A stretch of 64,000 nucleotides of DNA, from contig JACPLF010000003.1 in the NCBI GenBank assembly GCA_016186645.1, positions 4,112 through 68,111 of the forward strand, read 5' to 3'. Positions 1 through 8,274 of this stretch are shown piece after piece (the stretch's first letter is position 1; each line of letters opens with the position of its first letter). The DNA is from Candidatus Levyibacteriota bacterium. Lineage in GTDB: Bacteria > Patescibacteriota > Microgenomatia > Levybacterales > UBA12049. A program made the position numbers and the translations under genes. The notes beneath the pieces were generated by a model, which saw only the letters and a list, made by a program, of their open reading frames with translations, had not been told where the DNA came from and did not search any database.

Positions 1-393
1 GAAACATTTTTTACCACAATTGGCTGTATGGACGGCAGGGCGCAAGATGTTGTTGCGGAGTTTGGCCAGAAAAAATTTGGCGCAGAATTCCCGGATACAA
101 TAACAGAAGCAGGATTGGTTGGAAAATTGGTTCAAGAGAACATAGATCAAGGCTTGATTGATTCAATTAAAAATAAACTTGATATATCTCTTCAAAAGCA
201 TCATTCAAAAGGAATTATAGTTCACGGCCACCAAGAATGCGCAGGAAATCCAGTTAGCGATGAAAAGCATAAAGACGATATCCGAAAATCTGTTCGAGTG
301 ATTCAATCGCTTGTTAATTTTTCTCCAATTGTTGGGGTCTTTGTAAAACGCTTTTCAAAGAATCCTTCCAAATGGGAAATCGAAGAAGTATAA
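1..393 (+). CDS. Putative beta-class carbonic anhydrase-like protein (5'-truncated by window edge)
   Basis: The frame is open from base 1 (ETFFTTIGCMDGR). It shows a C-x-D-x-R ... H-x-x-C (HQEC) zinc-ligand pattern. Confidence 0.65.
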   Translation, partial: ETFFTTIGCMDGRAQDVVAEFGQKKFGAEFPDTITEAGLVGKLVQENIDQGLIDSIKNKLDISLQKHHSKGIIVHGHQECAGNPVSDEKHKDDIRKSVRVIQSLVNFSPIVGVFVKRFSKNPSKWEIEEV

Positions 394-400
394 TACTCCC

Positions 401-1957
401 ATGAACATTACAAGCTATGAAGAGGCGATAAATTATCTGGAAGGATTTATTGGGAAAGTTGTTTTTAAAATCAACAAAGAGTTTTTGAAAAAGCGTGACC
501 CCTTGCAGAGGATGAGAATTCTGCTTTCACTTCTTGGAAATCCGCAGGAGAAGTTTAGATCAGTTTTGGTTGGGGGGACATCTGGAAAAGGGTCAACTGC
601 TTATTTAATTTCCCATATCCTAACAGTTGCTGGTTACAAAACAGGATTCACGGTTTCTCCGCATCTTCAGAAAGTTAATGAGAGGCTTCAGATAAATAAC
701 AAGTCAATTTCTAACGAGAACTTTTTAATATTGTTCAAAAGTATAATACTACCAAGTATTAGACAAATGTCAAAAATGGAAGTTGGCCCGCCGTCGTATT
801 TTGAAATTTTGGTTGCAATGGGGTTTAAACATTTTGCAGATCAAAAAGTGGATATTGCAGTTGCGGAGGTTGGGATGGGAGGAGAGTTTGACGCAACAAA
901 TACCTTAAATCCATTGATTGCAGTTCTTACAAATGTGGGATTGGATCACACCAATATTTTGGGAAAAACTGTTTCGAAAATCGCGCGAACCAAAGCTGGC
1001 ATAATTAAAACTGGCGCCACCCCTTTGGTAGTTGTGTCGGGGGTAAGGCAGCCGACGGTTATTAAGATTGTTGAAGATAGATGCAGAAAAGTGGGGGCAA
1101 AGCTCAATTTATTGTGGAGGAATTTTGGATATAAAATAAAAAAGATAAACCATGAAGGATCAGTTTTCGATTTAACAGTATCAAGCGGCCGCGGGCTACA
1201 GTTAAATGATTTGAGCTTGTCTTTTTTGGGAGATTATCAAGTTGAGAATGCGTCGCTGGCAATTAAAACAATTCTAGAACTTAGAGAATTAGGATTTTCC
1301 CACAACGCTCGCGCTTCGAGGGACAAGAAAATTTCAGACAGTGCAATTAGAAAAGCCTTAAAAACATCCTTTTTCCCGGGAAGATTCGAGGTGATTCATG
1401 TCGCTCAACAACCGCGCGTTTCAGATGACGCTCGGCAAACTGATTCAAATCCTTCTCCCAACTCGGCCTCGCTAAGTAAAAGTCGGCTCCAATCAAGAAC
1501 CCAGCCGACTTTTAGTTCATCTGAAAGCGGATTGTCTCGCTCCAACCATACGCTCATTTTAGATAGCGCGCATAATCCGACAAAAATGCGTGCGTTTTTG
1601 GCAACGCTTAAAAAACTTTATCCAAAAGAGAAAAAAGTTTTTCTTGTAGGATTTAAATTTGACAAAGACATACAAAAAATGCTCAAGCAAATTATAAAAG
1701 TTGCGGACGAAATTATCATCACAGAGTTTAATAGGGCAACAGATATGAATTTACACGCGTCTGCTGACGCAGAAAGTATTAAGTATCAAGTATTAAGTAT
1801 CAAGTATTCGGGAAAAATAATTGTTGAAAAGGATTCAAAAAAAGCACTGAAAATAGGAATTAAAACAATTCAACAATTTAACAATGAAACAATTTTAGTG
1901 GTTACGGGGTCTTTGTATTTGGTTGGTGAAATTAGAGGGTTATTGACAAAGTTTTAA
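401..1957 (+). CDS. folC: Folylpolyglutamate synthase/dihydrofolate synthase with several in-frame repeat insertions
   Basis: Motifs GTSGKGST, SPHL, EVGMGGEFDATN, GLDH, PGRFE, LDSAHN and TGSLYLVGE. Confidence 0.95.
   Translation: MNITSYEEAINYLEGFIGKVVFKINKEFLKKRDPLQRMRILLSLLGNPQEKFRSVLVGGTSGKGSTAYLISHILTVAGYKTGFTVSPHLQKVNERLQINNKSISNENFLILFKSIILPSIRQMSKMEVGPPSYFEILVAMGFKHFADQKVDIAVAEVGMGGEFDATNTLNPLIAVLTNVGLDHTNILGKTVSKIARTKAGIIKTGATPLVVVSGVRQPTVIKIVEDRCRKVGAKLNLLWRNFGYKIKKINHEGSVFDLTVSSGRGLQLNDLSLSFLGDYQVENASLAIKTILELRELGFSHNARASRDKKISDSAIRKALKTSFFPGRFEVIHVAQQPRVSDDARQTDSNPSPNSASLSKSRLQSRTQPTFSSSESGLSRSNHTLILDSAHNPTKMRAFLATLKKLYPKEKKVFLVGFKFDKDIQKMLKQIIKVADEIIITEFNRATDMNLHASADAESIKYQVLSIKYSGKIIVEKDSKKALKIGIKTIQQFNNETILVVTGSLYLVGEIRGLLTKF
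1170..1207. repeat. 38-bp dyad with GCGGCCGC core inside folC
   Basis: ATTTAACA-N7-GCGGCCGC-N7-AGTTAAAT, with the same geometry as 37728-37765. Confidence 0.7.
1302..1322 (+). repeat. 21-bp GC-rich mini-element inside folC
   Basis: ACAACGCTCGCGCTTCGAGGG is identical to 23341-23361 inside the HIT gene. Confidence 0.85.
1400..1545. repeat. Structured ~145-bp in-frame insertion in folC
   Basis: Outer stem TTTCAGATGA/TCATCTGAAA and inner stem AAAAGTCGGCT/AGCCGACTTTT. It separates PGRFEVI from TLILDSAHN. Confidence 0.75.
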
Positions 1958-2691
1958 GAAGTTGGTTTTGGCGGGGAGATTTTAGTAAAGAGAACCTCTC
2001 CAGTTTCTGTAATTCTAAATTCGAATTCGGGAAGGTTAAAAGGAAGAATGATGTCGTCATCTGAATGAAGATTAATAAAAGGAGCAAGAGAGGAATCTGT
2101 TCTTTCTAATAAAGCTCCTTTTTTGATCTCTCCATTTACAGAAAAAGCCCTAATTTCTCGAACATACGCCTTTTCAGAACTCGTGGCAATAGTGGGACTA
2201 AATCGACTCCACTCTTCATTTTGTATTGGGCCGGGTCCTATTGGATCTAAAATCGCAATCCAGTGTGGCCATTTAAAATTTTTGAAATTCGTTCTTTCTT
2301 GTTCTGTAAAAAAACTTGGCAATGACTTATTATGATAAATTCCGCCGTTACCTGGCCGGTGAAAGTGTTGTGCGGTAACTAAGCCATGTCCATATATAAT
2401 TGGAGAGTATTCTTCTTGACACTCATAACAAATACCTTTTTCAGATATTAGTGGAGATATAAAAACAGGGGTTTCAGCCCAAATGCCAAGCCGTTCTGCT
2501 TGTTGTGGAGTTATTAATTTCAGTTGTTTCCAGAAAACAAATTCTCCTTTTTCCGCTTCCTGCTTTATTTGCAATTCTCTTTGTTCTAAATTCTGCTGCA
2601 ATAGTCTTTCCCTAAATGTTTCTCGTAAGCCTCGTTGTTTTTCTCTCCTCGCTAATTTTCTTTTTCTATCGATTCCGCGTTCTGGTGACAT
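1954..2691 (-). CDS. Hypothetical (orphan) protein
   Basis: Long ORF. Start re-called at ATG 2691 (MSPERG), 7 nt after TGCTATAAT, which avoids overlap with dcd. Confidence 0.7.
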   Translation of the reverse strand: MSPERGIDRKRKLARREKQRGLRETFRERLLQQNLEQRELQIKQEAEKGEFVFWKQLKLITPQQAERLGIWAETPVFISPLISEKGICYECQEEYSPIIYGHGLVTAQHFHRPGNGGIYHNKSLPSFFTEQERTNFKNFKWPHWIAILDPIGPGPIQNEEWSRFSPTIATSSEKAYVREIRAFSVNGEIKKGALLERTDSSLAPFINLHSDDDIILPFNLPEFEFRITETGEVLFTKISPPKPTS

Positions 2692-2755
2692 AGGGGGTAT
2701 TATAGCACAATATTGCCCTCTTTTAAAAAATTTTTCTTCGTGATAAACTTGCGAT

Positions 2756-3325
2756 ATGGTTCTTTCGGATCGGGATATTAAGAAGGCTTTAAAATCTAAA
2801 AAAATTGTCATTGCACCTTTTCCTGATCTTGAGACACAGCTTGGTTCCTGTTCCATAGATCTTCGGCTTGGAAATACTTTCAGAGTTTTTGAGTACAGCC
2901 GCAATGCCTACATAGATCCCTCCAAAAAAGATTATACAAAAGAAATCACACGAGAGGTGAGGGTCAAAAAGGGAGAACATTTTGTCATACAGCCCGGAGA
3001 TTTTGTCTTGGCTGTAACTTGGGAAAACGTAAAAATTTCAAGTGATCTCATGGGAAGATTGGAAGGCCGTTCGTCTTTGGGCAGACTTGGACTGGTTGTT
3101 CATTCAACAGCAAGCGTGTTTGAGCCGGGATGGGATGGTAAATGCGTTTTGGAATTGGGTAATTTGGGCAGAATGGCGATATCGCTTACGCCGGGCATGA
3201 GAATTTGCGCAATGACATTTGAGCAGATGTCAACCAAAGTTGAAGTCCCTTATGCTAAGAAAAAAGGAGCCAAATATATTGGGCAAAAAGGTCCGGATGA
3301 GAGCAAAATGCACAAGGAAAATTAG
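2756..3325 (+). CDS. dcd: dCTP deaminase
   Basis: Motifs LSDRDI, SIDLRLG, EGRSSLGRLGL, EPGWDG and LELGN. Confidence 0.93.
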   Translation: MVLSDRDIKKALKSKKIVIAPFPDLETQLGSCSIDLRLGNTFRVFEYSRNAYIDPSKKDYTKEITREVRVKKGEHFVIQPGDFVLAVTWENVKISSDLMGRLEGRSSLGRLGLVVHSTASVFEPGWDGKCVLELGNLGRMAISLTPGMRICAMTFEQMSTKVEVPYAKKKGAKYIGQKGPDESKMHKEN

Positions 3326-3338
3326 TAATTAGAAATTT

Positions 3339-4010
3339 ATGCTTTATCATGTTGAGCTGGACATTGATTTGAAAAGAAATCCATACAAAGGTTTGTACAT
3401 CGTGTTGGAAGGTATTGATGGGTCTGGCAAGACAACGCAGGTCGAGCGGCTAGCAAAATATTTTGAGAAAAAAGGAAAGAAAGTTGTGAGCACGCGGGAA
3501 CCTCGAAAAGAAGGAATAATTGGCGATATTGTGCAGCAGGTCCTTACGAAGAAAATAAAAATGTCTTCTATTGCACTCCAATATTTATTTTCAACAGATA
3601 GAGTTTTGCATCACGAGGAAGTCATAATCCCAGCTCTTAAGGCTGGAAAAATTGTTATTTCCGATCGGTGTTTCTGGTCCGCAATTGTTTATGGAATTTT
3701 GGACAGGGTGAAGAGTTACGACTCAGAAATTGCAAACTTTTTGTATATCAGCCAATCCATTCTTTCAATGTATCACCAATTTATAGTTCCTGATTTTACT
3801 TTTGCCTTAAGGGTAAAGTTGGAAACAGCATTTGCCAGAATTTCAAAAAAAGATGACAAGATAGAAATTTACGAAGACCGCGAAAAACTAAAACGGGTAA
3901 TTAAAGGCTATGATTGGCTCGCCAAGCAGTTCCCCAAAGAAATTACAGTTGTGGATGGGGAGGGAGAAGTTGAGGAAGTAACTAAGAAAATAATTGAAAA
4001 ATTGACCTAA
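3339..4010 (+). CDS. tmk: Thymidylate kinase
   Basis: EGIDGSGKTTQ P-loop, TREP and ISDR. Confidence 0.93.
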   Translation: MLYHVELDIDLKRNPYKGLYIVLEGIDGSGKTTQVERLAKYFEKKGKKVVSTREPRKEGIIGDIVQQVLTKKIKMSSIALQYLFSTDRVLHHEEVIIPALKAGKIVISDRCFWSAIVYGILDRVKSYDSEIANFLYISQSILSMYHQFIVPDFTFALRVKLETAFARISKKDDKIEIYEDREKLKRVIKGYDWLAKQFPKEITVVDGEGEVEEVTKKIIEKLT

Positions 4011-4125
4011 TTAACCTAATTGCTCTAATTCCTAAGTTGGAGTTTGGCCCGTCTTGCCGGCGAGGCAGGGAATTGATTAGGTTAATTAGAGTAATTAGTA
4101 ATTAGTAATTAGAAATTTTAAGAAT
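4000..4125. repeat. AATTAG-based inverted tandem-repeat scaffold with nested GC palindrome
   Basis: AATTGACCT/AATTAACCT units face GATTAGGTTAATTAG units. Homologous to 24542-24704. Confidence 0.8.
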
Positions 4126-4701
4126 ATGATTTTGGGGCCGAAAGATTTATTAAAATTAGTCAAAACAAAAAAGCTCGTTGAGGGTTTGTCAGAAAGAGAA
4201 CTGACCAATCCTGAAGGAGCTGGGTTTGATTTGCGCTTGGGGGAAGTTTATTCAATTTCCGGCAACGCTTTTTTGGGCGAAACGCATCGGAAAACCGCGG
4301 ACATAAAATTAGTTGCACAATATAGACATATAAAAAAAATAAGCGATCGCATTAAAAAATCAGATATTAAGACCCAAAAAATTGAGATTAAGCCTGGAGA
4401 TTTTTTCCTGGTCAAGACAATCGAATCGGTAAATATGCCCCAAAATTTAACCGCGAGCATAACTCCAAGGTCTACAACTTACCGCTCGGGTTTGTTTCTT
4501 CGCACGGGAAATGTGCAGCCCGGTTACTGCGGGGGATTGATTTTTGGTTTGAAAAACGAAGGACCAATAACAGTCGAAATCGAAATGGGCGCGAGATTTG
4601 TCCACATCCAGTTTTCGCAAGTCAAAGGCGGGGGAAACATGTACCGCGGCCAATGGCAAGGCGGCCGAGTAACCGCGAGAAAAAAGGAAAAACAGGTTTA
4701 G
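4126..4701 (+). CDS. Trimeric dUTPase/dCTP deaminase family protein (second paralog)
   Basis: Motifs GAGFDLR, PRST, QPGYCG and a C-terminal YRGQWQG. Confidence 0.75.
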   Translation: MILGPKDLLKLVKTKKLVEGLSERELTNPEGAGFDLRLGEVYSISGNAFLGETHRKTADIKLVAQYRHIKKISDRIKKSDIKTQKIEIKPGDFFLVKTIESVNMPQNLTASITPRSTTYRSGLFLRTGNVQPGYCGGLIFGLKNEGPITVEIEMGARFVHIQFSQVKGGGNMYRGQWQGGRVTARKKEKQV

Positions 4702-4719
4702 TTTTTGCCATTTTGACCA

Positions 4720-4748
4720 TTGACAAAGTTGTAACGGTTGTGTATACT
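4720..4748 (+). promoter_or_regulatory. Sigma70-type promoter of the relB/yafQ-like operon
   Basis: TTGACA-N17-TATACT. Confidence 0.75.
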
Positions 4749-4827
4749 TCTGTTATCCCAGCAAAATTCTTACTTGCGCCCGAATACTACGTGTTCGCGT
4801 CGCAAGAGCGAACGTGCGGGACAAGCT

Positions 4828-5103
4828 ATGCAGACTGTAATTCATATTAGAGCGGACAAGGAAGTTAAGAAAAATGCGGTTGAGGCTGCCAAGGCACTTG
4901 GTTTGAGCTTGAGTGACGTTATTAATGCCGCGCTTCGCAATTTTATAAGGACCAGAGAGGTAATTTTTTCCAACACTCCGCAAATGACTCCGGAGCTCGA
5001 AAAGTATTTGGGTAAAATAGATAAGGATATTAAGCATAGGAGAAATCTGGTTGGTCCTTTCTATAGCGCCAAGGAAATGGACGAATACCTCGATTCCAAA
5101 TGA
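4828..5103 (+). CDS. RelB/DinJ family antitoxin
   Basis: IHIRADKEVKKNA...LGLSLSDVINAALR ribbon-helix-helix pattern. ATGA overlap with the toxin gene. Confidence 0.85.
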   Translation: MQTVIHIRADKEVKKNAVEAAKALGLSLSDVINAALRNFIRTREVIFSNTPQMTPELEKYLGKIDKDIKHRRNLVGPFYSAKEMDEYLDSK

Positions 5104-5357
5104 TAATTCAATTACACAAAACCTTCAAAAAACAATACGAAAAACTAACTAAAGCACAAAAAATAAAATTTAAAGAAAGAAGGAGTATTTTTCTTCAAGA
5201 TGAATTTAATCCTGTTCTTAATAACCACGCTTTGAAAGGCAGGTATCAGGGATACAGGAGTATAAATGTTACAGGAGATATAAGGGTGATTTATGAAAAC
5301 AGCTCAGAAGACGTAGTTTTTGTAAAAATAGGCTCCCACAGCAAGCTGTACGGATAA
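5100..5357 (+). CDS. RelE/YafQ family mRNA interferase toxin
   Basis: Motifs FKKQY, NHALKG, DIRVIY and IGSHSKLY. Confidence 0.88.
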   Translation: MIIQLHKTFKKQYEKLTKAQKIKFKERRSIFLQDEFNPVLNNHALKGRYQGYRSINVTGDIRVIYENSSEDVVFVKIGSHSKLYG

Positions 5358-5406
5358 ATAGTCTTATTGCATCGGGGGAGAAAGTTTGTTACATTAGAAA
5401 AGCAAA

Positions 5407-6366
5407 ATAAAAAACTTAAGCGGAGAATATCAATATCTTGATTTACTGAAAGACGTTTTGGAAAACGGAGTTAAGAACGTGGATCGGGGGACTGGTGCAG
5501 TTTCTTTCGGCGTTTTTGGAAGACAAACCCGTTATGATTTGTCAAAAGGTTTTCCTCTTTTGACTACGAAAAAAGTCTATTGGAAAGGAGTTTTGCACGA
5601 GCTTTACTGGTTCATAAAAGGGGATTCAAATATTAAATATCTGGTGGACAACAATGTTCATATTTGGGACGATTACCCATATAAAATTTATAATTCAAAA
5701 TCTAGAATTCAGAATTTACAACCATTAACCAAAGAAGAATTTGTTGAAAAGATTAGGACGGATGATAAATTTGCAAAAAAATGGGGAGAATTGCCAAGAA
5801 TTTATGGAGAAATGTGGCGACGCTGGCCCGCCCGCAATCGAACCATAGACCAATTAGGATGGGTTATTAAAGAGATCAAAGAGGACCAATATGCGCGAAA
5901 TCTGATTGTGACTTCATGGAATCCTGAATATTTATATACAATGGCAATCAACAAAGATGCCTCCCGTTTTCCGATTTGCCACAACATGTACCAAATATCA
6001 GTTAAAGGTGGGAAATTAAATTTGCAGTTATATCAGAGAAGCGCAGATTTGTTTCTCGGCGTGCCTTTTAATATTGCTTCTTATGCCCTTTTGACAATTA
6101 TTCTGGCCCGCGTCACAGGATATAAGCCCGGAGAATTTGTTCATACTTTCGGAGATGCACACATTTACAAAAACCATATAGAGCAGGTTAAAGAGCAGCT
6201 TTCTCGGAAGCCCTATCCTTTTCCAACAGTAAAAATTGATCCAAAAGTCAAAAAACTTTCGGATTTTCAGCCGTCGCTAGTTTATTTAGAGAATTATAGC
6301 TCTCGTCCTCCGATTAAAGGCGAATTAACTGTCGCAGGGGGGCTATATGAAGGAAAGAAAAAATGA
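5407..6366 (+). CDS. thyA: Thymidylate synthase (start uncertain: ATA 5407 or TTG 5458)
   Basis: Motifs DRGTG, GFPLLTTKK, PICH, YQRSADLFLGVPFN and DAHIY. EYQYLDLL lies upstream of the TTG. Confidence 0.93.
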   Translation: MKNLSGEYQYLDLLKDVLENGVKNVDRGTGAVSFGVFGRQTRYDLSKGFPLLTTKKVYWKGVLHELYWFIKGDSNIKYLVDNNVHIWDDYPYKIYNSKSRIQNLQPLTKEEFVEKIRTDDKFAKKWGELPRIYGEMWRRWPARNRTIDQLGWVIKEIKEDQYARNLIVTSWNPEYLYTMAINKDASRFPICHNMYQISVKGGKLNLQLYQRSADLFLGVPFNIASYALLTIILARVTGYKPGEFVHTFGDAHIYKNHIEQVKEQLSRKPYPFPTVKIDPKVKKLSDFQPSLVYLENYSSRPPIKGELTVAGGLYEGKKK

Positions 6367-6896
6367 AGGTTAGTATCATAGCAGCCATAGGGCAAAATAG
6401 GGAATTGGGGAAAAATAATAAATTAATCTGGCATATTAAAGAGGATTTACAACGATTTAAAAGTCTCACCAAAGGTCACCCAATCATAATGGGGCGAAAA
6501 ACATGGGACTCTTTGCCTTTCAAACCCTTGCCGAGTAGAACAAATATTATTATTACTCGGGATGAAACCTTTGCCCCTCATGAAAATCATCACAAATTTA
6601 GCAATTGCAAAAGTTGTGAGGGTTTAGGATTAGCTGTTGTTTACTCCTTAGTCCAAGCAGTTGAACTTGCAAAAAATTCACCGGGAAGCGAGAATGTTTT
6701 TATTATTGGCGGAGGGCAAATTTATAAAGAAGCGATTGAAAAAGGATTGGCGGATAAACTTTATTTAACTCTTGTTGACAGGACTTTTGATGCAGATACT
6801 TTTTTCCCTGATTATTCGCAGTTTAAGAAAATAGTTTTTGAGGAAGAACACGACAGCGGAGGATGCAAATATAGATTTTTGGAATTGGAACGATAA
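6363..6896 (+). CDS. folA: Dihydrofolate reductase
   Basis: Motifs IMGRKTWDSL, PLPSR, IIGGGQIY and ADTFFP. ATGA overlap with thyA. Confidence 0.93.
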   Translation: MKVSIIAAIGQNRELGKNNKLIWHIKEDLQRFKSLTKGHPIIMGRKTWDSLPFKPLPSRTNIIITRDETFAPHENHHKFSNCKSCEGLGLAVVYSLVQAVELAKNSPGSENVFIIGGGQIYKEAIEKGLADKLYLTLVDRTFDADTFFPDYSQFKKIVFEEEHDSGGCKYRFLELER

Positions 6897-6915
6897 ATAG
6901 TTTATAATTATACCC

Positions 6916-8259
6916 ATGACTGAACTGGGAATCGGGCGAAAAGAAATACTCTCTCAAAGAGAAAGACTATCGGATGAACAGTTGGGCAATTTAATTTCTG
7001 CAGTAGGAAACCTTGAAGGAAAAGCAATTACTCTTCTTTTGATGGAACAAGGAAGAATCTATTCAAAGGGGAACCTTTATCATAAATTTATGGGAGCGCA
7101 AGAAGAAAGAATCGGATGGAAACCTGATCGTGCTATTCCTTTTCAATATTGTCAATTTTCTCTTCTTCCAATTGGTCTTGTTGCACTCGGGGAAAAAGAT
7201 CATGATCTTAAAACCTGGGGATATGGAGTAACTCCCTATGGAGAAGAAGAAGGTATTCCATTGGCAGGACTTCTTCTTGATTTCTCAGAAAAACACCCTG
7301 AATTCTCTTTATCGCAGGTTTTTGGGTCAACGAATTCACCCTCTCAGCCTAAAAATATCCAAACACCTGAAGGTGAGACTGAATTTAAATCTAGATCCCC
7401 TATTCTAAGACTTAAAATCTTCCGGAAGCTTATCGCAGCTAAACTGCCTATAAGAGAATCAGATCTTGCCAGTACAATAGGAGAAAATGCTGGAATGATA
7501 GGTCGACATTTAGCTCTCCTTGCAGATTCGCATATTATTTCCTACGAATCGATAAGAAAAGACCAGCCACAATCCTTCTATGCGCTTTCTTCAGAAAAAC
7601 CAAATGAGAGGCTAACACAGCATAGCGCCTTTTCTTCCCTAACTGAAAAAGTATACAGCTTCTTTCTTAACTTAGGTCCATCAAAACAAATAACTCTTGA
7701 GGATATAACAGACTCTCTTATTGCTGCTAACTCTGAAATGGGAAAATTAAATAAACAGGCTTTAAAGCGCAGGATTAGCACGATCTGTAGTTATCTTGCA
7801 AAACAGCACTATCTTGTACAAGGAAAATTTAAAGAAGGTTTAGAATCAGAAATTACTCTTTCAGATACTCAAAAAGCAACTCTTCTTGAGCTCGTTGCTC
7901 TTATAAATAGATTTCAAGGACAAGAGCCAGAAATTCTTGAAGAGGGAAGAAGAAAAGCTATGAAAATCATTCATAATCCCCACAGGGTATCTCATCTTCT
8001 GAGAAAAGCTAAAGAAAGCTCAGGACGCGCCAATAAGCTATCCCAAGGAGAGGGTGCGGATTTTGTTCTGTCCCTAATAAAAGAGCATCCAGGAGCAAGC
8101 GTTGAAGATATTTTCAAATTCCAGGATAGGAAACCAAGACTTTCAATGGCAAATATAGGCGTTATCGTTCATCGTCTTAGAGGAAACGATAGAGTCTCTG
8201 TTTCAAGAAGAACAGTGAAAAACCGTTTTACAGCAGTGGATTCAGAAAGGGAGAATTGA
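6916..8259 (+). CDS. Hypothetical protein with probable multiple winged-HTH segments
   Basis: 447-aa ORF with SDLASTIG...HLALLADSHII and ASVEDI...IVHRLR segments. Own TATAAT-N7-ATG. Confidence 0.6.
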   Translation: MTELGIGRKEILSQRERLSDEQLGNLISAVGNLEGKAITLLLMEQGRIYSKGNLYHKFMGAQEERIGWKPDRAIPFQYCQFSLLPIGLVALGEKDHDLKTWGYGVTPYGEEEGIPLAGLLLDFSEKHPEFSLSQVFGSTNSPSQPKNIQTPEGETEFKSRSPILRLKIFRKLIAAKLPIRESDLASTIGENAGMIGRHLALLADSHIISYESIRKDQPQSFYALSSEKPNERLTQHSAFSSLTEKVYSFFLNLGPSKQITLEDITDSLIAANSEMGKLNKQALKRRISTICSYLAKQHYLVQGKFKEGLESEITLSDTQKATLLELVALINRFQGQEPEILEEGRRKAMKIIHNPHRVSHLLRKAKESSGRANKLSQGEGADFVLSLIKEHPGASVEDIFKFQDRKPRLSMANIGVIVHRLRGNDRVSVSRRTVKNRFTAVDSEREN

Positions 8260-8274
8260 TTCTAATTTACATAT

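Noticed and set aside
1400-1545. Intein or group I/II intron in folC
   Set aside because: It is too short, has no C/S...HN-C/S/T splice junction at its boundaries, and has no recognisable intron core.
2692-2904. N-terminal extensions in the ORF track (also at 12083, 4738, 26555, 55721, 58844)
   Set aside because: They overlap neighbouring genes, promoters or repeats. Downstream ATGs match conserved N-termini or -10 spacing.
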